Source: Angustibacter luteus
GTDB lineage: Bacteria > Actinomycetota > Actinomycetes > Actinomycetales > Angustibacteraceae
Direction of reading: 5' to 3'
Assembly (NCBI RefSeq): GCF_039541115.1
Contig: NZ_BAABFP010000002.1
Location: 310,001-374,000, forward strand
Length of the DNA stretch: 64,000 nucleotides
Part shown: piece by piece, positions 45,562 to 55,819 of the stretch
How positions within the stretch are numbered: the stretch's first letter is position 1
How the letters are laid out: the number at the start of each line of letters is the position of its first letter
The notes under the pieces: generated by a model
What the model was told of the DNA's origin: nothing
Seen by the model: the letters and a program-made list of their open reading frames with translations, nothing else
Database searches by the model: none
Made by a program: the position numbers and the translations under genes

Positions 45562-46473
45562 GTGTTGTTGCGTTCCCGTGGTCTGGCTGCCGCCGTCCTG
45601 TTCGGTGCAGGCGCCGCGCTGTCCCTGTCCGCCTGTGGTTCGGACTCGCTGTCCAAGGATTCTGGGAGCTCGAGCTCGCAGACCGTGGCGTCGGCGACCG
45701 TGGACTCAGCGCTGGTCGCGAAGCTGCCGGAGAAGGTCAAGACCGCCAAGAAGATCGTCGTGGGCACGGATGCCTCCTACGCGCCGAGCGAGTTCCTGGC
45801 GGCAGACGGCAAGACCGTCGAGGGCTTCGACGTCGACCTGTTCAAGGCGGTCGGCCAGAAGTTCGGGGTGGACGTCGAGTTCGTCCCCTCGTCCTTCGAC
45901 TCGATCATCGCCGGCACCAACACCGGCAAGTACGACGTCGGGGTCTCGTCGTTCACCATCAACGACAAGCGCAAGGAGCAGGCCAACATGGTCAGCTACT
46001 ACAGCGCGGGCACGCAGTGGGCGACGGCCAAGGGCAACCCCAAGAAGGTCTCGCCGGACAGCGCCTGCGGCCTGAAGGTCGCGGTCCAGACCGGCACCAC
46101 CCAGGAGCAGGACGACCTGCCGAAGAAGCAGGCTGCGTGCAAGTCCGCCGGCAAGCCGGCCATCGTCATCCAGTCCTACCAGGGCCAGGACGAGGCGACC
46201 GCGGCCGTGGCGACCGGAAAGGCTGACGCGATGCTCGCCGACTCCCCGGTCGGCGCGTACGCGGTGCAGAAGTCCGACGGTGCGCTGATGACCGTCGGCG
46301 ACATCTACGACTCGGCTCCGTACGGGTACGTCCTGCCCAAGACCGAGACGGACTTCGCCCAGGCGATCGCTGACGCCCTCAAGTCGCTCAAGGCAGACGG
46401 CACCTACGACAAGGTGCTGAGCAAGTGGGGCGTCCAGTCCGGCGGGATCAGCGACTTCGCCGTCAACCCGTGA
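45562..46473 (+). CDS. Polar amino acid ABC substrate-binding lipoprotein
   Basis: GAGGAGG RBS, lipobox LSAC, GTDASYAP and GFDVDL. Confidence 0.9.
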   Translation: MLLRSRGLAAAVLFGAGAALSLSACGSDSLSKDSGSSSSQTVASATVDSALVAKLPEKVKTAKKIVVGTDASYAPSEFLAADGKTVEGFDVDLFKAVGQKFGVDVEFVPSSFDSIIAGTNTGKYDVGVSSFTINDKRKEQANMVSYYSAGTQWATAKGNPKKVSPDSACGLKVAVQTGTTQEQDDLPKKQAACKSAGKPAIVIQSYQGQDEATAAVATGKADAMLADSPVGAYAVQKSDGALMTVGDIYDSAPYGYVLPKTETDFAQAIADALKSLKADGTYDKVLSKWGVQSGGISDFAVNP

Positions 46474-47447
46474 CCGATCACGCTGCGTCGAGCCCCGGGA
46501 CGGGTGACCGTCCCGGGGCCATCGACGCGGTGCCGGTGCGCCACCCCGGCCGGATCGTGGCCATCGTCATCATCGCGATCCTGGCGGCGATGTTCGTCCA
46601 CCTGCTGACGAACCCCGCCTTCAAGTGGCACTTCGTCTTCGAGGCGATGATCCAGCAGCCGGTGATCAACGGCCTGGTCCGCGGCACGCTGCTGGTCACG
46701 GTCTGCTCGATGATCTTCGGCGTCGTGCTGGGGGTCATCCTGGCCGTGATGCGGTTGTCGCCCAACAAGATCCTCTCGTACACCGCGTGGACCTTCACCT
46801 GGTTCTTCCGGGCGATCCCGCGGTACGTGCTGCTCTTCATCATCGGCAACCTGGCGATCCTCCTGCCGCGCATCGAGATCGGCATCCCGTTCGACTGGGT
46901 CGCAACCAACCTGCTCGGCATCGACCAGAGCGTGCGGTTCTTCGGCTTCGGCACCACGGTGATCGGCGCGACGGTGATCGGCGGCATCCTCGGGCTGGGG
47001 CTGTCCGAGGCGGCCTACATGGCCGAGATCGCCCGAGCGGGGATCATGAGCGTCGACAAGGGGCAGAACGAGGCGGCCGAGGCGCTCGGCATGAGCCGGG
47101 GCAAGGCGATGCGCCGGGTCGTGCTTCCGCAGGCGATGCGGGTGATCGTCCCGCCCACCGGCAACGAGACGATCGCGATGCTGAAGGACACCTCGCTGCT
47201 GATCGCGCTGCCGCTGAACGCGGAGCTGTTCTTCCAGCTGCGCTCGATCGGCTCCCGGACGTTCCAGGTCTTCCCGGTCGCCATCGCCGCGACCCTCTGG
47301 TACCTGATCATGTGCAGCGTGCTGATGATCGGCCAGTACTTCCTGGAGCGCCGGTTTGGCCGAGGCTTCGGCAGCTCCCCCAAAGCCAATGCGCACCCCG
47401 GCGCCACGCCGACCGCCGCCGGCCTCACCGTGACCGGGAACAAGTGA
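46470..47447 (+). CDS. Polar amino acid ABC permease
   Basis: [28 protein letters not shown] and KDTSL. Confidence 0.92.
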   Translation: MTDHAASSPGTGDRPGAIDAVPVRHPGRIVAIVIIAILAAMFVHLLTNPAFKWHFVFEAMIQQPVINGLVRGTLLVTVCSMIFGVVLGVILAVMRLSPNKILSYTAWTFTWFFRAIPRYVLLFIIGNLAILLPRIEIGIPFDWVATNLLGIDQSVRFFGFGTTVIGATVIGGILGLGLSEAAYMAEIARAGIMSVDKGQNEAAEALGMSRGKAMRRVVLPQAMRVIVPPTGNETIAMLKDTSLLIALPLNAELFFQLRSIGSRTFQVFPVAIAATLWYLIMCSVLMIGQYFLERRFGRGFGSSPKANAHPGATPTAAGLTVTGNK

Positions 47448-48304
47448 TGACGACCACCGACCAGCCGCTGGTGCACGCGGTCAACGTGCACAAGGCCTTC
47501 CACGGCACCGACGTCCTCAAGGGCATCGACATGGACGTCGCCGCCGGCGAGGTCGTGACCCTGCTCGGACCGTCCGGCTCGGGCAAGACGACGTTCCTGC
47601 GCTGCATCAACCAGCTCGAGACGATCGACGGCGGCCGCATCTGGGTGGACGGCGACCTGATGGGCTACGCCGAGAAGGGCGGTCGGCTGCACACCCTGAA
47701 CGACAAGAAGATCGCTGCCCAGCGCCGCGAGATCGGCATGGTGTTCCAGCGGTTCAACCTGTTCCCGCACATGACCGCCACCGAGAACGTGATGGAGGCG
47801 CCGGTCCAGGTCAAGGGCGAGAGCAAGTCCGACGCCCGCAAGCGGGCCGGCGAGCTCCTCGAGCGCGTGGGCATGTCGGACCGGTCGCACGCCTATCCGG
47901 CGCAGCTGTCCGGCGGCCAGCAGCAGCGGGTCGCCATCGCGCGAGCGCTGGCCATGCAGCCCAAGCTGATGCTGTTCGACGAGCCGACCAGCGCGCTGGA
48001 CCCCGAGCTCGTCGGCGAGGTGCTCAACGTGATGCGGGAGCTGGCGAACGACGGCATGACGATGATCGTGGTCACGCACGAGATGAGCTTCGCCCGCGAG
48101 GTGGCCGACCGGGTGGTCTTCATGGACGGCGGCGTCGTCGTCGAGCAGGGCGACCCGCGCCAGGTCATCTCGAACCCGCAGCACGCCCGCACCAAGTCGT
48201 TCCTGCAGCGGATGCAGCGCGAGGAGGCCGAGGGCCATCACGGCGCCACGATCGAGGTGCCCGCGGACGCCGAGCTGGCGACGGACGACGCCCCGGAGGT
48301 CTGA
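47447..48304 (+). CDS. Polar amino acid ABC ATPase
   Basis: [25 protein letters not shown] and [11 protein letters not shown]. Confidence 0.94.
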   Translation: MTTTDQPLVHAVNVHKAFHGTDVLKGIDMDVAAGEVVTLLGPSGSGKTTFLRCINQLETIDGGRIWVDGDLMGYAEKGGRLHTLNDKKIAAQRREIGMVFQRFNLFPHMTATENVMEAPVQVKGESKSDARKRAGELLERVGMSDRSHAYPAQLSGGQQQRVAIARALAMQPKLMLFDEPTSALDPELVGEVLNVMRELANDGMTMIVVTHEMSFAREVADRVVFMDGGVVVEQGDPRQVISNPQHARTKSFLQRMQREEAEGHHGATIEVPADAELATDDAPEV

Positions 48305-48338
48305 CCTGGCCGCCCGTGCGCCGTCCCGGCGATGGGGC

Positions 48339-48656
48339 ATGGCCGTCGTCCGAGGTCGCTCGATGAGCCCGACGCTGTCGGACGGCGACCGGTTGCTGGT
48401 GCGCTGGGGGTCGCTCCCCCGCCCCGGCCAGCTGGTCGTCGTCCAGCTGCCGGACGGCCCGGACGGGCCGCGTCCGGTGTCGGTCAAGCGGGCGACCCGG
48501 CGCGACGGCGTCGGCTGGTGGGTCGAGCGGGACAACCCCGCCGAGGGCGTGGACTCCTGGCTCGTCGGGGCGATCCCGGACGACGACGTGCTGGCCGTCG
48601 TCCGGTGCCGGCTCTGGCCCCGACCTGGTCGCGCGAGCCCGCAGCCCCGCGTATAG
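48339..48656 (+). CDS. sodX: Ni-SOD maturation peptidase (S26 family)
   Basis: GRSMSPTL and VKRA Ser/Lys dyad, DN...DS motif, adjacent to sodN; start uncertain. Confidence 0.8.
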   Translation: MAVVRGRSMSPTLSDGDRLLVRWGSLPRPGQLVVVQLPDGPDGPRPVSVKRATRRDGVGWWVERDNPAEGVDSWLVGAIPDDDVLAVVRCRLWPRPGRASPQPRV

Positions 48657-48695
48657 GTTGACGTCGTACGCGAGACGCGAAAGAAGGGACCATCC

Positions 48696-49100
48696 ATGCT
48701 TCCCCGCCTGTTCGCCCGCACCGTCGAGGTCAGCGCCCACTGCGACCTCCCCTGCGGCGTCTACGACCCCGCCCAGGCCAAGATCGAGGCCGAGTCGGTC
48801 AAGGCCATCATCGGCAAGATGAAGGACAACTCCGACCCGGAGTTCATCGCCCGCGCGGTGCTCATCAAGGAGCAGCGTTCCGAGCTGGTCAAGCACCACC
48901 TCTGGGTGCTGTGGACCGACTACTTCAAGCCCCCGCACTTCGAGAAGTACCCGCAGCTGCACACGCTGTTCAACGAGGCGACGAAGCTCGCGGGTGCCGC
49001 CGGCACCAAGGGCAGCTCGGACGCCGGCAAGGCCGACGAGCTGCTGGCCAAGATCGACGAGATCGCCGACATCTTCTGGGAGACCAAGAAGGCGGCGTGA
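48696..49100 (+). CDS. sodN: Nickel superoxide dismutase precursor
   Basis: 14-aa propeptide followed by the nickel hook HCDLPCGVYDP; LWTDYFK. Confidence 0.97.
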   Translation: MLPRLFARTVEVSAHCDLPCGVYDPAQAKIEAESVKAIIGKMKDNSDPEFIARAVLIKEQRSELVKHHLWVLWTDYFKPPHFEKYPQLHTLFNEATKLAGAAGTKGSSDAGKADELLAKIDEIADIFWETKKAA

Positions 49101-49777
49101 GCAAGGTCCCGCACGTGCCGGAGGCCGACCCCAGGACGTCGGGGCCGGCCTCCGGCACGCCTGGGCTGGTCGCCACGCAGGTGCGCAAGCTGTTCGGCGA
49201 GCGCGCCGTGGTCGACGGCATCAGCCTGCAGGTCGACCCCGGCGAGGTGCTCGCCCTGGTCGGCGGCAACGGGTCCGGCAAGACCACGCTGCTGCGCATC
49301 CTGACCGGCGCGATCGACCCGGACGACGGCGAGGTGACCTGGCAGGGCCGCTCGCTGGACGAGTCGGACCCCTGGGTGCGCCGCGAGGTCGCTGTGCTGC
49401 TGGACGACGCCGAGACCTTCCCCGACCTGTCGGTCCTCGAGCACGTCGAGCTGCTGGCCCGGGCGTTCGGCCTGGACGACGCCCGCCCGCACGCGCAGCA
49501 GGTGCTCGACGAGGTCGGCCTGACCCGGCAGGCCGGTCAGCTGCCGACGTCGCTGTCCAGCGGGCAGCGGCACCGCCTCGGGCTGGCCAGCGTGCTGGTC
49601 CGCCCGGCCGGGCTGGTCGTCCTGGACGAGCCCGAGCAGCGCCTGGACGACGCCGGCCGGACGTGGCTGAGCGAGCGGCTGCGCCGCCTGGCCGACGACG
49701 GCGCCGCGATCGTGCTGGCCAGCCACGACGAGCAGCTGGTCGAGGACGTCGCGCACCTCGTCCTCGAGCTCGGCTGA
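49097..49777 (+). CDS. ABC ATP-binding protein
   Basis: GGNGSGKT, LSSGQ, LDEPEQRLD and ASHD; GTG overlaps the sodN stop. Confidence 0.88.
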   Translation: MSKVPHVPEADPRTSGPASGTPGLVATQVRKLFGERAVVDGISLQVDPGEVLALVGGNGSGKTTLLRILTGAIDPDDGEVTWQGRSLDESDPWVRREVAVLLDDAETFPDLSVLEHVELLARAFGLDDARPHAQQVLDEVGLTRQAGQLPTSLSSGQRHRLGLASVLVRPAGLVVLDEPEQRLDDAGRTWLSERLRRLADDGAAIVLASHDEQLVEDVAHLVLELG

Positions 49778-49787
49778 GGATCCTGTC

Positions 49788-51257
49788 GTGGCCGTCGCGC
49801 TGAGCCCGGAGGTCCCGGCTCGCACCGTCCGCCAGCAGCTGCGCAAGGCCCGCCGGGCGTCGGTCGCCGCGCGACCGGTCACCGAGGTGCTGCAGGACCT
49901 CTACGTGACGGCGTTCGGCATCGTGCTGATCTCGGTGATGGTGGGCCCGCTGGCCCGCGACGCCCTGCAGGACGTCGTCGACCACGGCGGGGCGGGTCAG
50001 GCGCCGCACGCGCTCGTGCCCGCGCTGGGTATCGCGCTCGGCCTGGTGTTCGTGGGCACCGGCGTGCGCGCCCTCAACCTCGTCGGGCCGGTGGTCTGCG
50101 ACCCCGCCCGCGCCACCTGGCTGCTCGCCTCCCCCGTCTCGCGGGCCGGGCTGCTCGGCGCGGCGGCCGGCGCGGCCCTGGCCGGGACGGCCTTCGTCGG
50201 CGCCCTCGGTGGGCTCGCGGTGGGACTGCTGCTCTCGTGGCCGGGGGTGGCCTCGGCGGTGGTCGGCGGTTTCGCGGCGGCGTTGCTGGGGCTGCTCGCG
50301 ATCGGCCTGCAAGGACGGCGCACCGGTGGCCGGTGGATGCGCTGGGGCGGCGACGCGCTGGCGCTGCTGGCCGTCCCCGTCCTGGTCGCCGGGCTGCTCG
50401 GGGTGGACGCGCAGCCGGCGACGCCCAGCGCCCGCACCGCCGGTCTCGTCGCGCTGGCCCTCGGCCTGCTGCTGGTGCTCTGCGCGACCCGGCTGTCTCG
50501 CGTGCTGGCCCGGCTGCGGCGCACCGACATGGTCGCCGGCACCGGGCTGGCCACCGGGCTGCGGGCCACGGTCACCGCGCTCGACGGGTCGTTCGTCGCC
50601 GAGACGCTCCGGCTGCGACGGCTGCTCGAGCGCGGCGTCGTCGGCTCGAAACCCCTGCGCGGCAGTGGCTTCAACGCGCTGGTCGCGGCCGACGTCCGGC
50701 GGGTCTCACGGGCCTCGCGCGGGCCACTGGCTGCGCTCGGCGCCACCACCCTGGCGTGGGCGGCGGAGGACCTGTACGGGCGGCTCGGCAGTGTCGTCGT
50801 CCTGCTCGTGGTGTGCTGGGCCGGCGCGGGCGCCAGCGCCGCGGGCCTGCGCACGGTGACCCGCAGCCGCGGGCTGGCCCGCTCCCTGCCACTGGCCGAC
50901 CAGGACCTGCGCCAGGCCCACCTGGTCGTGCCGGCCCTGGTCGCCGCCGTCGTCGCCGAGGTGGGCTGCCTGCTCACCGGCCGCCCCTCGTGGTGGACCC
51001 TGGTGCTGACGCTGCTCGCCGCGGCCGGCGTGCTGCGCACCGCGGCCGGGCGCCCCGACATCAAGTGGGAGCTGCAGGCCACCTCACCGATGGGGGCGTT
51101 GCCGGTGGGGGCGTTCACCGCGTTCCTGGTCGGGCCGGACGTCGTGGTCGTCGCGGCGCTGCCGTTTCTGGTCGGCGCGACCCCGATGGTCTCGTTGCTG
51201 CTGCCGCTGCTGGCCGTGACCGTGCTGCTGCGCCGAAAGATCAAGCGCCCGTCGTGA
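49788..51257 (+). CDS. Polytopic membrane protein, probable ABC partner (DUF6297-like)
   Basis: Many TM helices, GPV...WLL.SP.SR and TSPMGALP motifs; follows the ATPase. Family name from recall. Confidence 0.7.
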   Translation: MAVALSPEVPARTVRQQLRKARRASVAARPVTEVLQDLYVTAFGIVLISVMVGPLARDALQDVVDHGGAGQAPHALVPALGIALGLVFVGTGVRALNLVGPVVCDPARATWLLASPVSRAGLLGAAAGAALAGTAFVGALGGLAVGLLLSWPGVASAVVGGFAAALLGLLAIGLQGRRTGGRWMRWGGDALALLAVPVLVAGLLGVDAQPATPSARTAGLVALALGLLLVLCATRLSRVLARLRRTDMVAGTGLATGLRATVTALDGSFVAETLRLRRLLERGVVGSKPLRGSGFNALVAADVRRVSRASRGPLAALGATTLAWAAEDLYGRLGSVVVLLVVCWAGAGASAAGLRTVTRSRGLARSLPLADQDLRQAHLVVPALVAAVVAEVGCLLTGRPSWWTLVLTLLAAAGVLRTAAGRPDIKWELQATSPMGALPVGAFTAFLVGPDVVVVAALPFLVGATPMVSLLLPLLAVTVLLRRKIKRPS

Positions 51258-51349
51258 GTTGCCTCGTGCCGGTTTGGGAGTAACGTCCCGCCCTGCGGGT
51301 GCCACTGGAGCCACCCGCAGCAGGGGACCCCTCATCGGAGGCACGCACC

Positions 51350-51622
51350 GTGGCCACACCGGCAGAGCACGAGCCGAACGCACCCAGTCCAGCCCACCGC
51401 AACCTGCCCGTCGGGCTGATCGTCGTGGTCGGCGTCCTGCTGGCCCTGCCCGTCGTAGCGCTGCTCTGGGTAGCGAGCTACGCGAAGGAGACCCCGCGGC
51501 TGTGGGGCTTCCCCTTCTTCTACTGGTACCAGTTCCTCTGGGTGTTCCTGGCGGCGATCTGCACGTCGGTCGCCTACCGGATCGTGCACACCTTCCAGAG
51601 CCGTGAGCGGGGCGACCAGTGA
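51350..51622 (+). CDS. DUF3311-like small membrane subunit of a solute symporter
   Basis: GGAGG RBS; P.LWGFPFFYWYQ motif; overlaps the symporter start. Confidence 0.8.
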   Translation: MATPAEHEPNAPSPAHRNLPVGLIVVVGVLLALPVVALLWVASYAKETPRLWGFPFFYWYQFLWVFLAAICTSVAYRIVHTFQSRERGDQ

Positions 51623-53289
51623 GCGCCGCGGTGCCGGCGGCGGCCGCGGCGGGCAACACCGACATCAACTGGGTCGCCCTGACCATCGTCATCGTGCTGT
51701 TCTGCCTGGTGACCGTGATGGGTTTCATGGCCGCACGCTGGCGGCGCAAGGACGCCAGCATGGGCAGCCTGCAGGAGTGGGGGCTGGGCGGGCGCAGCTT
51801 CGGCACGTTCATCACGTGGTTCCTGCTCGGTGGTGACCTCTACACGGCGTACACGTTCGTCGCCGTGCCCGCGGCGATGTTCGCCACCGGAGCCGTGACG
51901 GGCTTCTTCGCCGTCCCCTACACGATCATCGTGTACCCGATCATCTTCGTCTTCATGTCCCGCCTGTGGTCGATCTCGCACACCCACGGGTACGTGACGC
52001 CGGCCGACTTCGTGAAGGGTCGCTACGGCTCCCGCGGCCTGTCGCTGGCCGTGGCGCTGACCGGCATCCTGGCGACGATGCCGTACATCGCGCTGCAGCT
52101 GGTGGGCATCCAGGCGGTGCTCGAGGTCATGGGCATCGGCGGGTCGCAGAACGCGCTGGCCCGCGACCTGCCGCTGCTGATCGCCTTCGCGGTGCTCGCC
52201 GCGTACACCTACTCCAGCGGGCTGCGCGCGCCGGCGATGATCGCGTTCGTCAAGGACGGCCTGATCTACCTGGTCATCCTGGTCGCGATCATCTACCTGC
52301 CGCAGCACGTCGGCGGCTGGGGCCACGTCTTCGACTCGGCCCAGGAGAAGATGGCCACCGTCAACCCGGTGACCAAGAAGCCGGTGGGCGCGTTCATCCC
52401 GAACACGCTGCAGTTCTGGCCCTACGCGACCCTCGCGCTGGGCTCGGCGATGGCGCTCTTCATGTACCCGCACTCCATCACGGCCGTGCTGTCGTCCAAG
52501 AACCGCAACGTGATCCGGCGCAACGCCTCGATCCTGCCGGCGTACTCGTTCCTGCTCGGCCTGCTGGCCCTGCTCGGCTTCATCGCCATCGCGGCGGGCA
52601 CCAAGCCGATCGGGCTGGACGGCCTGCCCAACCCGCAGCTCGTCGTCCCGCAGCTGTTCGAGGACGAGTTCCCGTCCTGGTTCGCCGGGATCGCGTTCGC
52701 GGCCATCGCGATCGGCGCGCTCGTGCCGGCGGCGATCATGTCGATCGCAGCGGCGAACCTGTTCACTCGCAACATCTACCGGGACTTCATCAACCCGGAC
52801 GCGACGCACGCGCAGGAGGCCAAGGTCTCCAAGATCGCGTCCCTGCTGGTCAAGGTCGGCGCGCTGCTGTTCGTGTTCACCCTGGACAAGACGCTGGCGC
52901 TGAACTTCCAGCTGCTCGGCGGCGTGTGGATCCTGCAGACGTTCCCGGCCATCGTGTTCGGGCTCTACACCCGCTGGTTCCACCGGTGGGCGCTGCTGGT
53001 CGGCTGGGCCGTGGCCATGGTCTACGGGTCCGTCACGGCGTACCAGCAGATCAACCCCGCGACCCACAAGCACTTCGGGTCGTCGCTGGCCAACATCGAC
53101 GTGATCGGCCAGACCGGCTACATCGCGCTCACCGCCTTCGTGATCAACGTCGTGGTGGCGGCGGTGCTCACCGTCGTCTTCCGGCTGGTGAAGGCACCCG
53201 CCGGCGAGGACGCCACGAAGCCCTCCGACTACAAGGCGGACGCCGGCGACCCGAGCGTGCACGACCTGCCGGAGCTCAGCGAGGCCTGA
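51619..53289 (+). CDS. Sodium:solute symporter, MctP-like monocarboxylate permease
   Basis: EWGLGGRSFG, GGDLYTAYTF, PYIALQL and about 13 TM helices. Confidence 0.9.
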   Translation: MSAAVPAAAAAGNTDINWVALTIVIVLFCLVTVMGFMAARWRRKDASMGSLQEWGLGGRSFGTFITWFLLGGDLYTAYTFVAVPAAMFATGAVTGFFAVPYTIIVYPIIFVFMSRLWSISHTHGYVTPADFVKGRYGSRGLSLAVALTGILATMPYIALQLVGIQAVLEVMGIGGSQNALARDLPLLIAFAVLAAYTYSSGLRAPAMIAFVKDGLIYLVILVAIIYLPQHVGGWGHVFDSAQEKMATVNPVTKKPVGAFIPNTLQFWPYATLALGSAMALFMYPHSITAVLSSKNRNVIRRNASILPAYSFLLGLLALLGFIAIAAGTKPIGLDGLPNPQLVVPQLFEDEFPSWFAGIAFAAIAIGALVPAAIMSIAAANLFTRNIYRDFINPDATHAQEAKVSKIASLLVKVGALLFVFTLDKTLALNFQLLGGVWILQTFPAIVFGLYTRWFHRWALLVGWAVAMVYGSVTAYQQINPATHKHFGSSLANIDVIGQTGYIALTAFVINVVVAAVLTVVFRLVKAPAGEDATKPSDYKADAGDPSVHDLPELSEA

Positions 53290-53302
53290 CCCCCACCCTC
53301 CC

Positions 53303-53354
53303 CGGTGATCATGCACGTTCGCCCCGTCGCGGGGGCGAACGTGCATGATCACCG
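53303..53354. repeat. REP-like palindrome, full copy
   Basis: CGGTGATCATGCACGTTCGCCCC-N6-GGGGCGAACGTGCATGATCACCG, perfect 23-bp arms, between convergent genes. Confidence 0.85.
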
Positions 53355-53376
53355 CGGGTTGGCGGGACGGGTGGGG

Positions 53377-54225
53377 TTACGGGGTGCGGTGGCGCAGCAG
53401 GTGGGCCTGGCGGGTGGCGACCCAGCCGACCAGGACCACCAGGTGCAGCACCCACAACCACAGCAGGACGGCGATCGCGCCACCCACCGCGGACTCGCCG
53501 CCGAACGGCGCGCCCAGGTCCAGCGGCAGCGACAGGAACAGCACGAAGCCCTGCAGGAACCCGGACACGAACGCCCCCACGCACAGGCCCCCCACCACGC
53601 AGGTCGTCCAGGGCAGCCGGTCCGGCGCCACCACCCGGAACGTCCAGGCCAGCGGCAGCGCCACGACGAGCCAGTCGACGTTCAGCGCGAGGTAGACGCC
53701 CAGCACCCGCCCGCCCAGCCCCTCGCCGAACAGCTCACTGAGCAGCGGGGTCACCGCCAGCACGGCGAGCAGCAGCACCGGCGCGGCGACCAGCAGCGGC
53801 AGCACGGCAAGGCGCCCGCGCCAGCCGACCAGCCGGTCCCGGGCATCGGCCAGCGCGACGTACGCACGGCGCAGCCCCTCGCCGTACACGGTCGCGGGCA
53901 GCAGCGAGACCAGCACCGCGGTCCAGCCGATGCCCGCACCCAGGCGCAGCGCGCGGCCGGCGACCTGGTCCGCCCCCAGCTCCGACGGCAGGGCGTCGGA
54001 CAGGCTGTCCGCGAACCTGGACAGCGCGTCGCGGCCGAGCACCGCAGCGAGCAGCCGGGCGGCAATCAGCAGCCCCGGCACGAGCGCGATCGCCGCGTAG
54101 AACGTGACCCCCGCCGAGTACAGCATCAGGTCGTGGCCGCGCAGCGCCGCCGTGGTCGAGCGCGGCAGCGCCCGCAGGACGTCACGCCGGGGCAGCTGGT
54201 CTGCCCGCACCGTCGGCGCGCTCAC
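53377..54225 (-). CDS. YihY/BrkB family membrane protein
   Basis: SAGVTFY.AI.LVP N-terminal motif, about six TM helices and LLWLW.....LVG. Confidence 0.75.
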   Translation of the reverse strand: MSAPTVRADQLPRRDVLRALPRSTTAALRGHDLMLYSAGVTFYAAIALVPGLLIAARLLAAVLGRDALSRFADSLSDALPSELGADQVAGRALRLGAGIGWTAVLVSLLPATVYGEGLRRAYVALADARDRLVGWRGRLAVLPLLVAAPVLLLAVLAVTPLLSELFGEGLGGRVLGVYLALNVDWLVVALPLAWTFRVVAPDRLPWTTCVVGGLCVGAFVSGFLQGFVLFLSLPLDLGAPFGGESAVGGAIAVLLWLWVLHLVVLVGWVATRQAHLLRHRTP

Positions 54226-54587
54226 CCGGGTAGGCGGTCGAGAAACCGCCGGACGTCGACGACGACCCGGGTGACCTGCCCGGTCGCGAGCAGCCGGCCG
54301 TCGCGACCCGTCGCGGTCACGGCGAACCGGCGCAGCCGGCCGTCGGTGTACGTCGGCTCGGCCCGGACCAGCACAGACTCGCCCACCGGGCTGGCTGCCA
54401 GGTGCTCCAGCTCGACCCGGGTGCCGACGCTCGTCGAGCCGTCAGGCAGCGGCTCGGCGGCGTCGCCCGTGACGGCCTCGCACCAGGCGAGCAGCCGAGG
54501 GGTGGCCAGCACGTCGAGAGTGCCGGAGCCGAGCGCGCGGGCGGTGTCGTCGTCCGAGACCTGGAACTGCCGGTGCGCGTCGCTCAC
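54222..54587 (-). CDS. Hotdog-fold thioesterase (FlK-like)
   Basis: GSG.LDVLATP, E, SVGT and HLAASPVG; leaderless TAGCGT-N6-GTG. Confidence 0.85.
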   Translation of the reverse strand: MSDAHRQFQVSDDDTARALGSGTLDVLATPRLLAWCEAVTGDAAEPLPDGSTSVGTRVELEHLAASPVGESVLVRAEPTYTDGRLRRFAVTATGRDGRLLATGQVTRVVVDVRRFLDRLPG

Positions 54588-54614
54588 CCCGCGACGCTAC
54601 CCCGCGCGGAGCAG

Positions 54615-54655
54615 GCACGTTCGTCCCCGGGGGCGAACGTGCATGATCACCGCGG
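54615..54655. repeat. REP-like palindrome, truncated copy
   Basis: GCACGTTCGTCCCC/GGGGGCGAACGTGC; right arm identical over 26 nt to 53332-53357. Confidence 0.8.
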
Positions 54656-54678
54656 AGGGAGGGGGCGGCCGAACCGGG

Positions 54679-55770
54679 TCAGGCGACCAGGCCGAGGCGA
54701 CGCAGCTCGACGGTGAGGTCGTGCGGGTTGCTCGCGGCGCTCATGGCGTCCTCGAGCGTCACCACCCCGTCGCGGATGAGCGTGGTCAGGTGCTGGTCGA
54801 AGGTCTGCATCCCGTAGAAGCCGCCCTCGGTGATGAGCTCGGTGAGGGTGCTGGTCTTCTCCGGGTCCGCGATGGCGTCGGCGACACGACCGGTGTTGAT
54901 CGCGATCTCCATCGCGACGCAGCGGCCCTGGCCGTCGGCCCGCGGCACCAGCCGCTGGCAGATGATGCCGCGCAGCGAGCCGGCCAGCGCGAGCCGGACC
55001 TGCTTCTGCTCGTGCGGGGGGAAGAAGTCGATGATGCGCGCGATGGTCTCCTGCGCGTTCGTGGTGTGCAGCGTCGACATGACGAAGTGCCCGGTCTCGG
55101 ACGCCGACAGGGCGGCCTTCACGGTCTCGACGTCCCGCATCTCGCCGACCAGGATGACGTCCGGGTCCTGGCGCATCGCGGCGCGCAGGGCGACGGCGAA
55201 GTCCTCGGTGTCCAGCCGGACCTCGCGCTGGTTGATCATCGAGAGCTGGTCGCGGTGCAGGACCTCGATCGGGTCCTCGATGGTCACGATGTGGCACTCG
55301 CGGTGGGTGTTGATGTGGTCCACCATGCCGGCCAGCGTCGTCGTCTTGCCCGAACCCGTGGGGCCGGTGACGAGCACTAGGCCGCGCGGCTCGAGGGACA
55401 GCTGGGCGATCACCGCGGGCACGCTGAGCTCGTCCAGCGGCAGGGCGCCGACCGAGACCCGGCGGAACACCAGGCCGATCGAGCCGCGGGACTTGAACGC
55501 GTTGACCCGGAAGCGGCCGACCCCGGCCAGCGAGTAGGCGAAGTCCGCCTCGTTGGTCCGCTTGAACACCTCGCGCAGGTCGTCGCGCATGACCTCGTCG
55601 GCGATGGCCGCGGTCTGCTCGGGCGTCAGCGCCGGCCCCTGCAGCTTGCGCAGGCGCCCGTCGATGCGCAGGCGCGCCGGAGAACCGACCTTGATGTGCA
55701 GGTCGGAGCCCCGCAGCTCGGAGAGAGCGCGGAGGTACGGCGACACGGAGATCACGGCAGACTCGTCCAC
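54679..55770 (-). CDS. pilT: Type IV pilus retraction ATPase PilT/PilU
   Basis: SDLH, GRFRVN, GPTGSGKTT, TIEDPIE, QREV, RQDPDVILVGEMRD, TGH...TLHT and GMQTFDQ. Confidence 0.93.
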   Translation of the reverse strand: MDESAVISVSPYLRALSELRGSDLHIKVGSPARLRIDGRLRKLQGPALTPEQTAAIADEVMRDDLREVFKRTNEADFAYSLAGVGRFRVNAFKSRGSIGLVFRRVSVGALPLDELSVPAVIAQLSLEPRGLVLVTGPTGSGKTTTLAGMVDHINTHRECHIVTIEDPIEVLHRDQLSMINQREVRLDTEDFAVALRAAMRQDPDVILVGEMRDVETVKAALSASETGHFVMSTLHTTNAQETIARIIDFFPPHEQKQVRLALAGSLRGIICQRLVPRADGQGRCVAMEIAINTGRVADAIADPEKTSTLTELITEGGFYGMQTFDQHLTTLIRDGVVTLEDAMSAASNPHDLTVELRRLGLVA

Positions 55771-55779
55771 GACTGTCAG

Positions 55780-55806
55780 ATCGGCCCGACCGGCGGGTGA
55801 CTTGAG
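55780..55806 (-). promoter_or_regulatory. Sigma28-like promoter of pilT
   Basis: Minus strand CTCA-N17-GCCGAT ending 9 nt before the GTG (near-leaderless). Confidence 0.65.
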
Positions 55807-55819
55807 GACCTGGGGGCCT

